From Bryobacterales bacterium (GTDB lineage: Bacteria; Acidobacteriota; Terriglobia; Bryobacterales; UBA6623), in assembly GCA_965226435.1 (NCBI GenBank), contig CBDDCY010000012.1:903006-967005 (forward strand): a DNA stretch of 64,000 bases. Direction: 5' to 3'. The notes below the pieces were generated by a model. The model was given only the letters and a program-made list of their open reading frames with translations, did not search any database and had not been told where the DNA came from. The position numbers were made by a program, and so were the translations under genes. This document shows, piece after piece, positions 9,682 through 19,656 of this stretch. Position 1 is the first letter of the stretch, and each line of letters starts with the position of its first letter.

Positions 9682-10653
9682 TTATTCTTTTGGGGCGGCG
9701 ACAACATTCGAGGGCCGGCCTTCGAAGAAATCGAAGACGTTGTCGATCGACAGCTTGAGGCCGGCTTCCAGGGCTTCGCGCGTGGCTCCGCCCGAGTGTG
9801 GCGTCAATACGGCATTCGACAGCTTGGTCAGAGGGTGCCCCCGAGGGAGGGGTTCGGCATCGAAGACGTCGAGCCCGGCGGCCGCGATACGCTTCTCTTC
9901 AAGCGCCTTGAGCAGAGCCGTCTCATCGACGATCGGCCCGCGCGCGGTGTTGATGAAAATCGCGGTGGGCTTCATCGAGGCGAACTCCCGCGAGCCGATG
10001 AACCCGATCGTGTCGGGTGACTGACGTAGGTGAAGGCTGACGACGTCACTGAGACGGTAGAGTTCGTCGAGCTCGATCAACTCAACACCGAGTTCGTGGG
10101 CGAGGTCCGGGTTGGGGTGCATGGTCCAGGCGACCACCTTCATGCCGATGCCCCGGGCTATGCGGGCTGTTTGCCGGCCGATGGCGCCAAGGCCGATGAT
10201 TCCCAGCGTCTTGCCGTGCAGTTGCGTGACGAAGGCGCGAGGCCAACCGCCGGCTTTGGTTTCGGCGTCCACTTCGGGAATGCGCCGAGCCGCGGAGAGC
10301 ATCAGCGTCAGGGTGTGCTCGGCCATCGCCGCGGCCGAGACGCCGGGCGTGTTGGTGACCGTCACGCCATGACGAACGGCGGCTTCCGCGTCGACGTGAT
10401 CCGTGCCCGTGCCCCACAACGAAACAATGCGCAGATCGGGGCAGGCGGCGAACACAGCGTCGGTGAAGTCCACCGAAGAGCGAATATTGATCACGGCGTC
10501 GAAACCGAGAATTCTTTCGATGAGTTCCGCTTCCGAGCCGGGCAGCGAGTCGTGGTAGGCAACGTCAGCGCTCTGATCGAGCCCCTGATACGCATCGCTC
10601 GGGCCCATTACGGGAGGGGCGTCGTCGGGAATGGAAATACGCGGGTTCGGCAT
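9682..10653 (-). CDS. D-isomer-specific 2-hydroxyacid dehydrogenase
   Basis: GTGTDHVD, GLGAIG, INTARG, LDVF..EP and TPH motifs. Confidence 0.9.
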   Translation of the reverse strand: MPNPRISIPDDAPPVMGPSDAYQGLDQSADVAYHDSLPGSEAELIERILGFDAVINIRSSVDFTDAVFAACPDLRIVSLWGTGTDHVDAEAAVRHGVTVTNTPGVSAAAMAEHTLTLMLSAARRIPEVDAETKAGGWPRAFVTQLHGKTLGIIGLGAIGRQTARIARGIGMKVVAWTMHPNPDLAHELGVELIELDELYRLSDVVSLHLRQSPDTIGFIGSREFASMKPTAIFINTARGPIVDETALLKALEEKRIAAAGLDVFDAEPLPRGHPLTKLSNAVLTPHSGGATREALEAGLKLSIDNVFDFFEGRPSNVVAAPKE

Positions 10654-10665
10654 GATCGTTCGTTC

Positions 10666-11532
10666 TCAAGGGTTCTCGGCCGACGGCTCGGGCAGCGTCT
10701 CGCAAACACAGCGGAAACCGATGTCATGGCTGTAGGAATGCGGCGTGACTTTGAAACGGTCGGAGCCGCGCAACACGCGTGACGTCGTAAACCATGATCC
10801 ACCGCGCACAACTCGCTCGAAGCCTTGGCCGGGTCCGGGCGGGTCTTGCGGCGGGGAAAACTCGTAATAGTCTCCGGCATACCAGTCGGCGAGCCATTCC
10901 CAAACGCCGCCCGCCATATCGTACAGGCCCCAGCGGTTCGGTCGAAAGCTGCGTCTCGGCGAAGTATAGTCCCAGGCGTCCTGCCACCCGGTGCCGCGGT
11001 AGTTTGCCTCTTCGTGGGTGAGGCGGTTTCCCCACGGAAATTTCAGATCGGCTTGGCCGCCGCGGGCGGCGTATTCCCACTCCGCTTCGGTCGGCAGGCG
11101 TCCCCCGGCCCAGCGGCAGTAGGCGTCGGCTTCGGACCATTTCATGCGCACGATGGGGTGGTCCCTTTTTCGCCAGTCTTGGTTGAAGGGCGGCGGCGCG
11201 GGCATGGCGGCCTCCTCGGCTGCGGCGAACAAGGCGTAAGCGGCGACGGAAGCCTCGGCGTGGCCGATCCAAAAACCGTGTGTTAAACGAACTTCGTGAC
11301 GCGGCAGCTCGTCGTCGTCGCAATCGTAGTCGTTGGCAAGGCATCCCATTCGGAAGGCGCCGGCGGGGATCCATACGTAAGTTTGCCCATCAACCGGGTT
11401 GACACGAGCGGCTCCGGGCTTCGGGGATTCGGAGGATTGCGCGAAACCCACGAGGCCGCAAATCGCCGCCACAAGGATGAAGGTGGACGGAATGCGCGCC
11501 CATCGGACACGTTGTCGAAGTCGAGTGAGCAC
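10666..11532 (-). CDS. FGE-sulfatase (SUMF1) domain protein
   Basis: RLPTEAEWEYAARGG, N.WGLYDMAG, RGGSW and GFRC motifs; lacks the catalytic CxxxxC. Confidence 0.88.
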   Translation of the reverse strand: MLTRLRQRVRWARIPSTFILVAAICGLVGFAQSSESPKPGAARVNPVDGQTYVWIPAGAFRMGCLANDYDCDDDELPRHEVRLTHGFWIGHAEASVAAYALFAAAEEAAMPAPPPFNQDWRKRDHPIVRMKWSEADAYCRWAGGRLPTEAEWEYAARGGQADLKFPWGNRLTHEEANYRGTGWQDAWDYTSPRRSFRPNRWGLYDMAGGVWEWLADWYAGDYYEFSPPQDPPGPGQGFERVVRGGSWFTTSRVLRGSDRFKVTPHSYSHDIGFRCVCETLPEPSAENP

Positions 11533-11649
11533 TTTACGGAAAGACGTTCGTGCCGCGCATAGGCGGCTGGAACCATAGGTGCGCGGCGGGCGGAGGTCAC
11601 TCCGCCCGCCGGTTCCAACATCAGTTTTAGCTTCGTAGGCGTCGAAAGG

Positions 11650-12171
11650 CTATTTCGCTAACCGGCTGCAAGCATTCGCGGCGCCCGCGATGTCGATCGC
11701 GCCGCCGCCCGACTCGATATGGGCGACCTTGCCTTGCTTGTCGACAACGAAAGTCGTGCGATTGGACATGTTGTTTTCGGCGTTGTAGATACCGAAAGCC
11801 TTCGAAGCTTCGCCCTTGGGATCGCTTAACAGGGCGAATTCCAAATCGAGAGACTCGGCGAATTTCTTATTGGTTTCGATGTCGTCGGTGCTGACACCGA
11901 ACACAACCGAATCGCTGCCGGTGAATTTGGCGATACCAGCCTGGTACGCCTTCATTTCACGCGTTCAACCACCGGTGAAAGCCTTCGGGAAAAAGGCCAA
12001 GACGACATTCTTCTTGCCGCGATAGTCAGACAAGCTCGCGTTGCCGCCGGCGGTGGTGGCGAGCGTGAAGTCCGGGGCCATGTCGCCCACGGCGGGCGTT
12101 GCGGCTCGCGAGACGCCGGCACCTACAGCCGCCATCCCCATCAGAGCGCTTCTGCGCGTCATTGAACTCAT
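11650..12171 (-). CDS. Selenocysteine-containing peroxiredoxin (AhpC/TSA, BCP/AhpE-like); UGA at 11965-11967 read as Sec
   Basis: ORFs 11965-12525 and 11650-11955 are in the same frame and read FFPKAFTGG[TGA]TREMKAY, i.e. PxxxTxxC with C replaced by U. GGAGG RBS before ATG 12171; conserved Arg in NRTTFVVD. Confidence 0.9.
11929..11950 (-). promoter_or_regulatory. Putative bacterial SECIS hairpin
   Basis: GGCG-UACCA-GGC-UGGUA-U-CGCC stem-loop begins 14 nt after the in-frame UGA, with a G-containing loop and a bulged U. Confidence 0.7.
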
Positions 12172-12331
12172 ATAGGTCCTCCCAATCGCAGGCCGCAAGA
12201 CACGGACTACGCCTTGGGGAAGTGTAGCAGAGGCGGATGGGTCGGGAGAAGGCCTGGGGCGATGCCGTGGCGCCAGTGTATCTGGTGCCTGGTAAATGTT
12301 GTGAAGACGGCCGGCCTCCCGGGGGGATGCA

Positions 12332-12632
12332 TCGGGTCCACCGCCGGCCTCATTTTCAATCGGCTTCATCGCGTAGCGCTCGGTTAGGGGCTGTAAAAAA
12401 TTGGGGACTGTACCGAGCGCCGACCGAATAAATTCCATTGAATCAATATATTTCGGTGGCGCGAAGTGGACTGTGCCCCATTTCCCGTCGGGTCCACCGC
12501 CGGCCTCATTTTCAATCGGCTTCATCGCGTAGCGCTCGGTTAGGGGCTGTAAAAAATTGGGGACTGTACCGAGCGCCGACCGAATAAATTCGAATCAATA
12601 TATTTCGGTGGCGCGAAGTGGACATTTCCCGT
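12332..12632 (+). repeat. Tandem duplication of a 156-bp unit containing a hairpin REP/MITE-like element
   Basis: Copies start at 12332 and 12488; the second has two short deletions. The unit contains the imperfect IR aaattggggactgtacc...ggactgtgccccattt. Confidence 0.9.
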
Positions 12633-12882
12633 GCTCGACAGTCTGGGATTCCCGGTCGTCAGCTACTATGACTACACCCATGATGATCTCAAGGTATTGC
12701 ATTGTACGCGGGCGAACTGTCGAGGGAAACAGGTCGCCAACTCCCCCGATAGCGGCGGCGACGTCGGCCAGTACACCTCGCTGGCGCTCGAAGGCGGCGG
12801 CAACCCGGTCATTAGTTACTGGGGCCCGCCAAATGGGGAGCTGAAAGTGCTGCACTGCGATGATCCCAACTGCGCGAAGTGA
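12631..12882 (+). pseudogene. C-terminal remnant of a Cys-containing repeat (probable beta-propeller) protein
   Basis: Two repeats, G.PV.SY....DLKVLHC...NC and GNPVISYW...ELKVLHCDDPNC. No RBS; begins at the repeat junction. Confidence 0.6.
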
Positions 12883-12934
12883 GGCTCGGCCCGCGCCGGG
12901 GGCGGTAGGCCGGAGAACGCTGTCGGAGCCGCCG

Positions 12935-14743
12935 TTACGACTTCGCCCGCAGCGCCTGTTGCGCCTGAGGTGTGAGTTGCACACCCAACTCGGCGAGCTG
13001 ATGCGTCGGCACCGTGTTCGGCGCTTCGCACATCAGATCAGTCCCCTTGGCGGTCTTGGGGAACGGGATCACGTCGCGAATAGTCGATTCCCCGGCTAAC
13101 AACATAATCAGCCGGTCGAGTCCGAGGGCGATGCCGCCATGGGGCGGGGTGCCGTATTCGAGGGCGTCCAAGAAGAACCCGAAGCGATGCCGGGCTTCCA
13201 ACTCGGTGAAGCCGAGAGCGGAAAAAACCTTCGACTGCACGTCGCCGCGGTGAATACGAATCGAGCCCGAGCCGAGTTCGATGCCGTTCAAGACCAAATC
13301 ATAAGCCTTGGAGCGGCAGGCGCCCGGGTCGCTTTCCAATTTGTCAAGATCTTCCTCGAGCGGCGAAGTGAAAGGATGGTGCGCGGCATTCCAGCGACTT
13401 TCGTCCTTGGACCACTCGAACATCGGGAACTCGGTGATCCACAAAAAGCGCAAATCCTTGGGGTCGAAAAGATTGTGCCGGTCGGCGTATTGGCGGGCCA
13501 CTTCCAGGCGAAGATCGCCGGCCGCCTGCAACACTTGCTGCTCGGGTTTGGGGCCGTCGGGGGTTTTCGCCGAAGTAGCGAGAAAGAGCAAATCGCCTTC
13601 CTCGAAGCCGGTTCGCTCGCGCACGGTCGCCATCGATTCGGGAAAGTCGCGATCGAGCCGCTTCGTGTCCTCGAAGATTTTCAGGTTACGATCCGGGCCC
13701 AAAGCCTTTAGGTCGTCGCGCTCGCGCCGAGTGGTCTGCCCGACTTTGGGAATTCGAATCGCCGTGAGAGGCATGTCGCCGGCCACTTCGGGCGGAAACA
13801 GGTCGTTGACGCGCGTCATGGCCGGCAAGCGCAGGTCGGGCTTGTCGCTGCCGTACTTCTCGATCGCCTCGGCGTGGGAGATGCGCGACAACGGGGTCTC
13901 GGGAATCTTGTGGCCCGAGGCTTTACAGACACGCACGACGAGTTCCTCGATCACCTCGTAGACGGTCTCGGGCTGCGCGAATGACATCTCCAAATCGATC
14001 TGCGTGAACTCGGGTTGGCGGTCGGCGCGCAAGTCCTCGTCGCGAAAACAACGCACGATTTGGAAGTACTTGTCATAGCCGCCGATCATCAATAGCTGCT
14101 TGAAAAGCTGCGGCGATTGCGGCAAGGCGTAGTAGGTTCCCAAATTGATGCGCGAGGGGACCAGAAAATCGCGCGCGCCTTCGGGCGTCGAGCGCGTCAT
14201 GAAAGGCGTTTCCAGTTCCAGAAAACCTTGGCCGTTTAAGCAGTCGCGAATCGCGAAATTGACGTGATGCCGCAATATCAAGTTGCGCTGCATGCGGGGC
14301 CGGCGGATATCGACATAGCGGTATTTGAGCCGCACGTCCTCGCCGATCGCGGCGTCTTCATCGATGGGGAAGGGCGGCGTTCGCGAAACGTTGAGAAGCA
14401 GCAGGGTCTCGGCCTGGATTTCCACCTCGCCCGTTTCAAGATCGGAGTTAATCGTGTCTTCGGAGCGCCGCACGACCGGCCCCTCGACGGCCACGACGAA
14501 CTCGCTGCGCAATAGTTCGGCGTGCGCGTGGACCTCTTCGCTGAGTTCCTTGTTGAAGACGACTTGCGTGATGCCTTCGCGGTCGCGCAGGTGGATGAAG
14601 ATCAGGCTGCCCAGGTCGCGGCGGCGGTGAACCCAACCCATCAGCACGGCGCGCGAGCCCACGTCGGCCGGGCGCAGCTCGTTGCAATGATGCGTGCGGC
14701 GAAGGTCACCGAGAAAGTCCAAGGAGCGGGATTGTTCAGCCAT
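12935..14743 (-). CDS. aspS: Aspartate--tRNA ligase
   Basis: [41 protein letters not shown] and [12 protein letters not shown] motifs. The start overlaps the upstream stop (TAATG). Confidence 0.97.
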   Translation of the reverse strand: MAEQSRSLDFLGDLRRTHHCNELRPADVGSRAVLMGWVHRRRDLGSLIFIHLRDREGITQVVFNKELSEEVHAHAELLRSEFVVAVEGPVVRRSEDTINSDLETGEVEIQAETLLLLNVSRTPPFPIDEDAAIGEDVRLKYRYVDIRRPRMQRNLILRHHVNFAIRDCLNGQGFLELETPFMTRSTPEGARDFLVPSRINLGTYYALPQSPQLFKQLLMIGGYDKYFQIVRCFRDEDLRADRQPEFTQIDLEMSFAQPETVYEVIEELVVRVCKASGHKIPETPLSRISHAEAIEKYGSDKPDLRLPAMTRVNDLFPPEVAGDMPLTAIRIPKVGQTTRRERDDLKALGPDRNLKIFEDTKRLDRDFPESMATVRERTGFEEGDLLFLATSAKTPDGPKPEQQVLQAAGDLRLEVARQYADRHNLFDPKDLRFLWITEFPMFEWSKDESRWNAAHHPFTSPLEEDLDKLESDPGACRSKAYDLVLNGIELGSGSIRIHRGDVQSKVFSALGFTELEARHRFGFFLDALEYGTPPHGGIALGLDRLIMLLAGESTIRDVIPFPKTAKGTDLMCEAPNTVPTHQLAELGVQLTPQAQQALRAKS

Positions 14744-15252
14744 TACACGTTCTTCCTGTGTTCGCGGGCGAGTTCCATGTAGCCGTCGGCGCCGCGGCGA
14801 ATGCGCTCGAGCTCCTCGTCGGTCGTTTGGCGGCGCACTTTTCCGGGAACGCCGGCGACCAGGCTGCGCGGCGGAATCTCGGCACCCTCGACCACCAGAG
14901 CTCCGGCGGCGATGATCGACCCGGCGCCGATCTTCGATCGACTCAGCACCGTCGCGCCCATGCCGATTAGGCAACCGTCCTCGATCTCGCAAGCGTGCAG
15001 CGTCACCGAATGGCCGACCACGCAACGGCGGCCCACCACAAGCGGCTCGCCGCGGTCGACATGCAGGCAGCAGTTGTCTTGGATGTTCGACTCGTCGCCA
15101 ATTGTGATGTCGGCGACATCGCCGCGAATCGTCGTATTAGGCCAGACGCCGACGTGCTCGCCCAGTGTGACCTTGCCGATCACGACGGCGGTTGGGTCGA
15201 TAAACGCCGAGTCCGGCACGGTCGGCGATTGGCCGCGAAAAGGACGAGTCAT
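14743..15252 (-). CDS. Gamma carbonic anhydrase family (YrdA-like) protein
   Basis: Hexapeptide repeats, RGD, SNIQD, His ligands LH / GH...LH, and GVPGK. Confidence 0.92.
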   Translation of the reverse strand: MTRPFRGQSPTVPDSAFIDPTAVVIGKVTLGEHVGVWPNTTIRGDVADITIGDESNIQDNCCLHVDRGEPLVVGRRCVVGHSVTLHACEIEDGCLIGMGATVLSRSKIGAGSIIAAGALVVEGAEIPPRSLVAGVPGKVRRQTTDEELERIRRGADGYMELAREHRKNV

Positions 15253-15471
15253 GGTGGATCGCGAAGGGATGAAGCCGACCGCGCCCCTCTCGGCGAAACG
15301 GCCAAATCGAGGCCCCCGGTGGGCGGGTCGGCGACCGGTCTCGGACCGGCCGGACAAGAGCGGGCGGGGTAAGCCCCGGCACGCGTAAATCTCAGCGTAA
15401 CACAAGGACCGCTCAATTTTTTCCACGGCCCGTTCCTTGCCGGGTTCGTTTTGTTGCATAATGCTGGGACT

Positions 15472-15744
15472 GTGCAGGAACGAGAATTCTTCACCGAATC
15501 GGAAGCAAAAAACCCGGCTCGCCTCAATTGCCCCTATTGCCGCGAAGTCAATGAATACGCCCTTCGTTGGGTCGTGAGAAAAAAGAAGAACAAGCTTCCG
15601 CCGGGCGCCGACGAGCGCGACCGAGCGCGTTTTCTAAAAGCGCAGTCCTACATGGTGCTGAAGGACGACCGTGTCGGCTGCGGTAACGTCCGCTGCCGCA
15701 GAAACTTCGAGATTTCAGGAATCAAGACGATGGCGTTTCTGTGA
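15472..15744 (+). CDS. Small Zn-ribbon-like hypothetical protein
   Basis: CPYC...CGNVRC Cys pairs; GTG start 9 nt after CATAAT. Confidence 0.7.
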   Translation: MQEREFFTESEAKNPARLNCPYCREVNEYALRWVVRKKKNKLPPGADERDRARFLKAQSYMVLKDDRVGCGNVRCRRNFEISGIKTMAFL

Positions 15745-15996
15745 GGGTTGGGTCGCCGCGGCCATCGTCGCGGCCCAGTCGAGGAAGCGGCCCAGCTCTC
15801 GTCTCCTCGCCCAAGTAAACGACCAGAATCGCGCCGGCCCGATTTCCGCCGCCGGGTAGCCCCAATACGTCTCGATCCGCCAGCGAAGGTAGGGGCTTGC
15901 CCACGGCCGCATCCGGCAGCCTCGCGTGGCGACCGATAGGAACCGGCCGATGTGCCGGAGGCGGCTGATCCACGATAACCTCACGCGGTGATTCAT
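15715..15996 (-). CDS. Small Trp/Arg-rich hypothetical protein
   Basis: PWASPYLRWRIETYWG motif recalled from acidobacterial hypotheticals; start uncertain. Confidence 0.55.
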   Translation of the reverse strand: MNHRVRLSWISRLRHIGRFLSVATRGCRMRPWASPYLRWRIETYWGYPAAEIGPARFWSFTWARRRELGRFLDWAATMAAATQPSQKRHRLDS

Positions 15997-16113
15997 GAGA
16001 GGACCAGAGACTGTTCGGGGCGAAGGGTTGGGTCGCGCGGCGCCTCGAACACCGCGAGGTTGGGGGGGGGCTGGAGGCCCGCCCCACCGCGCGGTCGGTC
16101 GAGCCAAGGCCGC

Positions 16114-16281
16114 TCACTCGCCGATGCAGTGCAGCATGTGCTGCCAAAACTCCCGGCCTTCGATCGATTTCTCGGTTTCCCCCATGCCCCCTTCTTCCCA
16201 TTGGATGACCACGGTCATCTCAATAGTTGCACCGCAATCACATTGAAGCTTGTGGTCAATACGCTTTTCCTGTTTCGCCAT
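16114..16281 (-). CDS. 55-aa small protein with CxC and HxxHC (not in ORF track)
   Basis: Translated by hand as [55 protein letters not shown]; GGAGG upstream. Confidence 0.65.
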   Translation of the reverse strand: MAKQEKRIDHKLQCDCGATIEMTVVIQWEEGGMGETEKSIEGREFWQHMLHCIGE

Positions 16282-16408
16282 GAAAACTTCACTGCCTCCA
16301 CGCCCGGCCGGCTCCCGGCCGACCCTCCAACATGTCAGTGTACCCCCGGACAGACATCATCCGCTTCTGCCGTTGCCCCCGCTCCCCGCAGCGACTACAA
16401 TCGAAGCC

Positions 16409-17179
16409 ATGAGCCTCCGGATCGCCGACCGCGAATTCCGTTCCCGCCTGATTGTCGGCACGGGAAAATACCGCAGCTTCGAGGAGATGAAGCGTTGTCA
16501 CGAACTCTGCGGCGCCGACTTCGTCACGGTCGCCGTGCGGCGTGTCAACCTCACGGACCGCTCGAAAGAATCGCTGCTCGATCACATCGACCGCGACAAG
16601 ATGTTCATCCTGCCCAATACCGCCGGTTGCTACAGCGCCGATGAGGCGATTCGCACCGCGCGGTTGGCCCGCGAAGTCGGTCTCTCTCATTGGGTCAAGC
16701 TCGAGGTTATCGGCGATGAGAGGACGCTTTTTCCCGATAACGAAGGCCTACTCGAAGCGACGCGAGTGCTTGTCAAAGAGGGCTTCATCGTTCTGCCCTA
16801 TACTAACGACGATCTGGTCAACGCCCGCAAATTGATCGACGCCGGCGCCGCCGCCGTGATGCCGCTGGCGGCACCGATCGGCTCGGGCCTGGGCGTGCAA
16901 AACGAAGCGAATTTGAAGATTCTCAGGGAAATGATCACCGAGGTGCCGTTGATCGTGGACGCCGGCGTCGGCACCGCCTCCGACGCGGCGCGCGCGATGG
17001 AGTTGGGGGCGGACGGCGTGCTGATGAACACCGCTATCGCCGCCGCCCAAGAAGCCGAAAAGATGGCGTTGGCGATGAAGTACGCCGTTGACGCGGGACG
17101 GCTCGCCTGGGAAGCCGGCCGCATGGAGAAACGTCTTTACGCCGCGGCGAGCAGCCCTCTCGAAGGTGTCGTGCGCTAG
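16409..17179 (+). CDS. thiG: Thiazole synthase
   Basis: [35 protein letters not shown] and [10 protein letters not shown] motifs. Confidence 0.97.
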   Translation: MSLRIADREFRSRLIVGTGKYRSFEEMKRCHELCGADFVTVAVRRVNLTDRSKESLLDHIDRDKMFILPNTAGCYSADEAIRTARLAREVGLSHWVKLEVIGDERTLFPDNEGLLEATRVLVKEGFIVLPYTNDDLVNARKLIDAGAAAVMPLAAPIGSGLGVQNEANLKILREMITEVPLIVDAGVGTASDAARAMELGADGVLMNTAIAAAQEAEKMALAMKYAVDAGRLAWEAGRMEKRLYAAASSPLEGVVR

Positions 17180-17194
17180 AGGGGCGCGGGTCTC

Positions 17195-18460
17195 TCAATC
17201 CGCCTCTTGCCCCAAAGCCTCCAACAAGCGGTCCACCTCGTCGGCCGTGTTGTAGTGCGCCAACCCGATGCGCACCATGCCGCCGGTCGGCTCCACCCCC
17301 AGCCGCTCGCTTAGGTTCAGCGCGTAGTAGTTGCCGTCCCATACAAAGAAGCCCCGACCCCCGAGTGATTCCGCGATCTCGCGCGGATGACGACCATCGA
17401 TACGGATCGACACGGTCGGTACGCGCCGGTCGAACTTTTCGAGGTCTCTTATTCCGTGGAACGTCAATCCGCCGATCGAGAGCAGCCCTTTCACGAGTCG
17501 CTCCGTCAAACCGCGCTCGTAACGCTGAACGGCCGCCATGGCCGCGAGCACGTGGCCACGACGCTCGGAAACGTCGGGTCGGTCATCGGACGCGGTGTTC
17601 CCGAAGCGCCGACCCACGTCCGCCAAATAATCCACCGCCGCGATCAGTCCCGCCAGACCCTCGTGGTTTTGGGTCCCCGTCTCCCAGCAGTCGGGGATTT
17701 CGTCCGGCGCGGGGCGCACTTTGTAGGGACGCAAGCGCTCCATGTGTTCCCTCTTGCCATAAACCAACCCGACGTGGGGCCCAAAAAACTTGTAGGCCGA
17801 GCAAGCCAGGAAATCGCAATCGAGCGCGCGAACATCGATCGGACCGTGGGGCGCGTAGTGAACGGCGTCCAGATAAGCCCATGCGCCGACATCGTGCGCG
17901 GCGCTCGTGATGCGCTCGACATCGTTGATCGATCCTACCGAGTTCGATGCCATCCCGATCGCCACGAGTTTCGTCTTGGGACTCAGTAAATTCAGCAAGG
18001 CCTCGGTATCGAGAGTGCAATCGTCCGGATGGATGGGCGCTGTTCGCACCGTCGCGCCGCATTCTTCCAGGGCGCGCCAGGGCGCCACGTTGGCGTCGTG
18101 GTCAAGGTCGGTGACGATGATCTCGTCGCCGGGTTCGATCTCGCGCCCGATCGCGCGGCTGACGGCGAAAGTGAGCGAAGTCATATTCGGCCCGAAAGCC
18201 ACTTCGTCGGCGGCACAGCCAAGTAAATCCGCGCAGGCCTCGCGCGCCTCATGGAGCATCTTTTCCGTCCTGATGCTGGTCGCGAACGCGCCGTGGGTGT
18301 TGGCGTTCGAAAAGGCCAGGTATTCCGATACCGCGTTGATGACGCGTTGGGGCGCCTGCGTGCCTCCCGGGGCGTCGAGGAAAACGGCGGGGCGGCCCTT
18401 GACGTGTTGCGCCAGGGCGGGGAATTGAGTGCGAAGGATGGCGGGATCAAACGACGACAT
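17195..18460 (-). CDS. Cysteine desulfurase-like PLP enzyme (aminotransferase class V)
   Basis: LDAPGGTQ, DHDANVAPW, DAVHYAPH, SAYKFFGPH and ETGT motifs. Confidence 0.9.
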   Translation of the reverse strand: MSSFDPAILRTQFPALAQHVKGRPAVFLDAPGGTQAPQRVINAVSEYLAFSNANTHGAFATSIRTEKMLHEAREACADLLGCAADEVAFGPNMTSLTFAVSRAIGREIEPGDEIIVTDLDHDANVAPWRALEECGATVRTAPIHPDDCTLDTEALLNLLSPKTKLVAIGMASNSVGSINDVERITSAAHDVGAWAYLDAVHYAPHGPIDVRALDCDFLACSAYKFFGPHVGLVYGKREHMERLRPYKVRPAPDEIPDCWETGTQNHEGLAGLIAAVDYLADVGRRFGNTASDDRPDVSERRGHVLAAMAAVQRYERGLTERLVKGLLSIGGLTFHGIRDLEKFDRRVPTVSIRIDGRHPREIAESLGGRGFFVWDGNYYALNLSERLGVEPTGGMVRIGLAHYNTADEVDRLLEALGQEAD

Positions 18461-18672
18461 GGTTGCGATATGGTCGCGGCCGAGCAAAGAGCCGACTCGG
18501 GCCGCGGGAGGACAAACGGCCCATTGTAACCCGCCGGGTTCGAAAAGCTCACCGCGCCCGGCGCTTGGCGGACCTCATCCATTCCCGAATTCGAGTCCGC
18601 CGGGACGCCTGATCGCGGATCGGGGATGACGACTTTGCTAAAATACTCGATCCGCGAACCCTGAGCATAACG

Positions 18673-19629
18673 ATGCCTGAAACAACAGATCGTTTCACCG
18701 TCATTGCCGACGGCCCGCTCGACTCGGTCGTGATGGGCTTTCTGGGCGACGAGGTCGACTTGCTTCCGTGGCAAACCGCCGTCGACGGCACCGTCGATCC
18801 GGTCGACGGCATTTACACCTACGGACACCTTCGCGTCGACGGCCCCTTGCTCGACCGCGTCCCGGGCGTCAAAGTTGTTAGCAACTACGGGGTCGGCGTG
18901 GACCACATCATTGTCGCTGATGCCGCGGCGCGTTCGATTCCCGTCGGGAACACGCCCGGCATTCTCGACGGCGCGACCGCCGACATGGCCATGACGCTGT
19001 TGCTGTCGGGGGCACGCCGCGTTGTCGAAGGGGATCGTTACGCGCGTTCGCCGGAGTTTCAACGCTATGACCCCGGCTTCATGTTGGGACGTGAAGTCCA
19101 TCACGCCGTTCTCGGCATCATCGGCATGGGCGCCATCGGCGGTGAAGTCGCCCGTCGCGCCCGCGCCTTCGACATGACGGTGCTCTATCACAACCGTCGC
19201 CGGCGAGAAGAAGCCGAACGCCGCTTCGACGCCTCCTACGTTCCCCTCGACGAACTACTGACGCGTTCCGATTTCGTCATGCTGTGCTGCCCTCTCACCG
19301 AGGAAACTCGTCATCTCATCGATGCCGAGGCTTTAGCCCGCATGAAATCCACGGCGTTGCTGATCAACATCGCCCGCGGCCCCATCGTCGATACCGAAGC
19401 CGTTTACCAGGCGCTTCGTGATCGCCGTATCGGCGGCGCGGCCTTCGATGTAACCGATCCCGAACCGCTGCCGCGGGATCATCCGATGCTCAGGTTGGAG
19501 AACTTGACCATCGTTCCTCACCTCGGCAGCGCCACGGTCGAAACCCGCCAAGAAATGGCCCGGATCTCGGTCGCCAATCTCAAGGCTGGCATGCGCGGCG
19601 AGCCTCTGCCGCACGAGGTCAAGCTGTAG
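18673..19629 (+). CDS. D-glycerate dehydrogenase / glyoxylate reductase
   Basis: GVGVDHI, NTPG, GMGAIG, NIARG, DVTDPEP and PHLGSAT motifs. Confidence 0.9.
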   Translation: MPETTDRFTVIADGPLDSVVMGFLGDEVDLLPWQTAVDGTVDPVDGIYTYGHLRVDGPLLDRVPGVKVVSNYGVGVDHIIVADAAARSIPVGNTPGILDGATADMAMTLLLSGARRVVEGDRYARSPEFQRYDPGFMLGREVHHAVLGIIGMGAIGGEVARRARAFDMTVLYHNRRRREEAERRFDASYVPLDELLTRSDFVMLCCPLTEETRHLIDAEALARMKSTALLINIARGPIVDTEAVYQALRDRRIGGAAFDVTDPEPLPRDHPMLRLENLTIVPHLGSATVETRQEMARISVANLKAGMRGEPLPHEVKL

Positions 19630-19656
19630 AGGAAGGCCGGCTTTCCCGCCGCCGAT

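Noticed and set aside
12172-12525. Long N-terminal extension of ORF 11965-12525
   Set aside because: Translates the tandem DNA repeat; the RBS supports a start at 12171.
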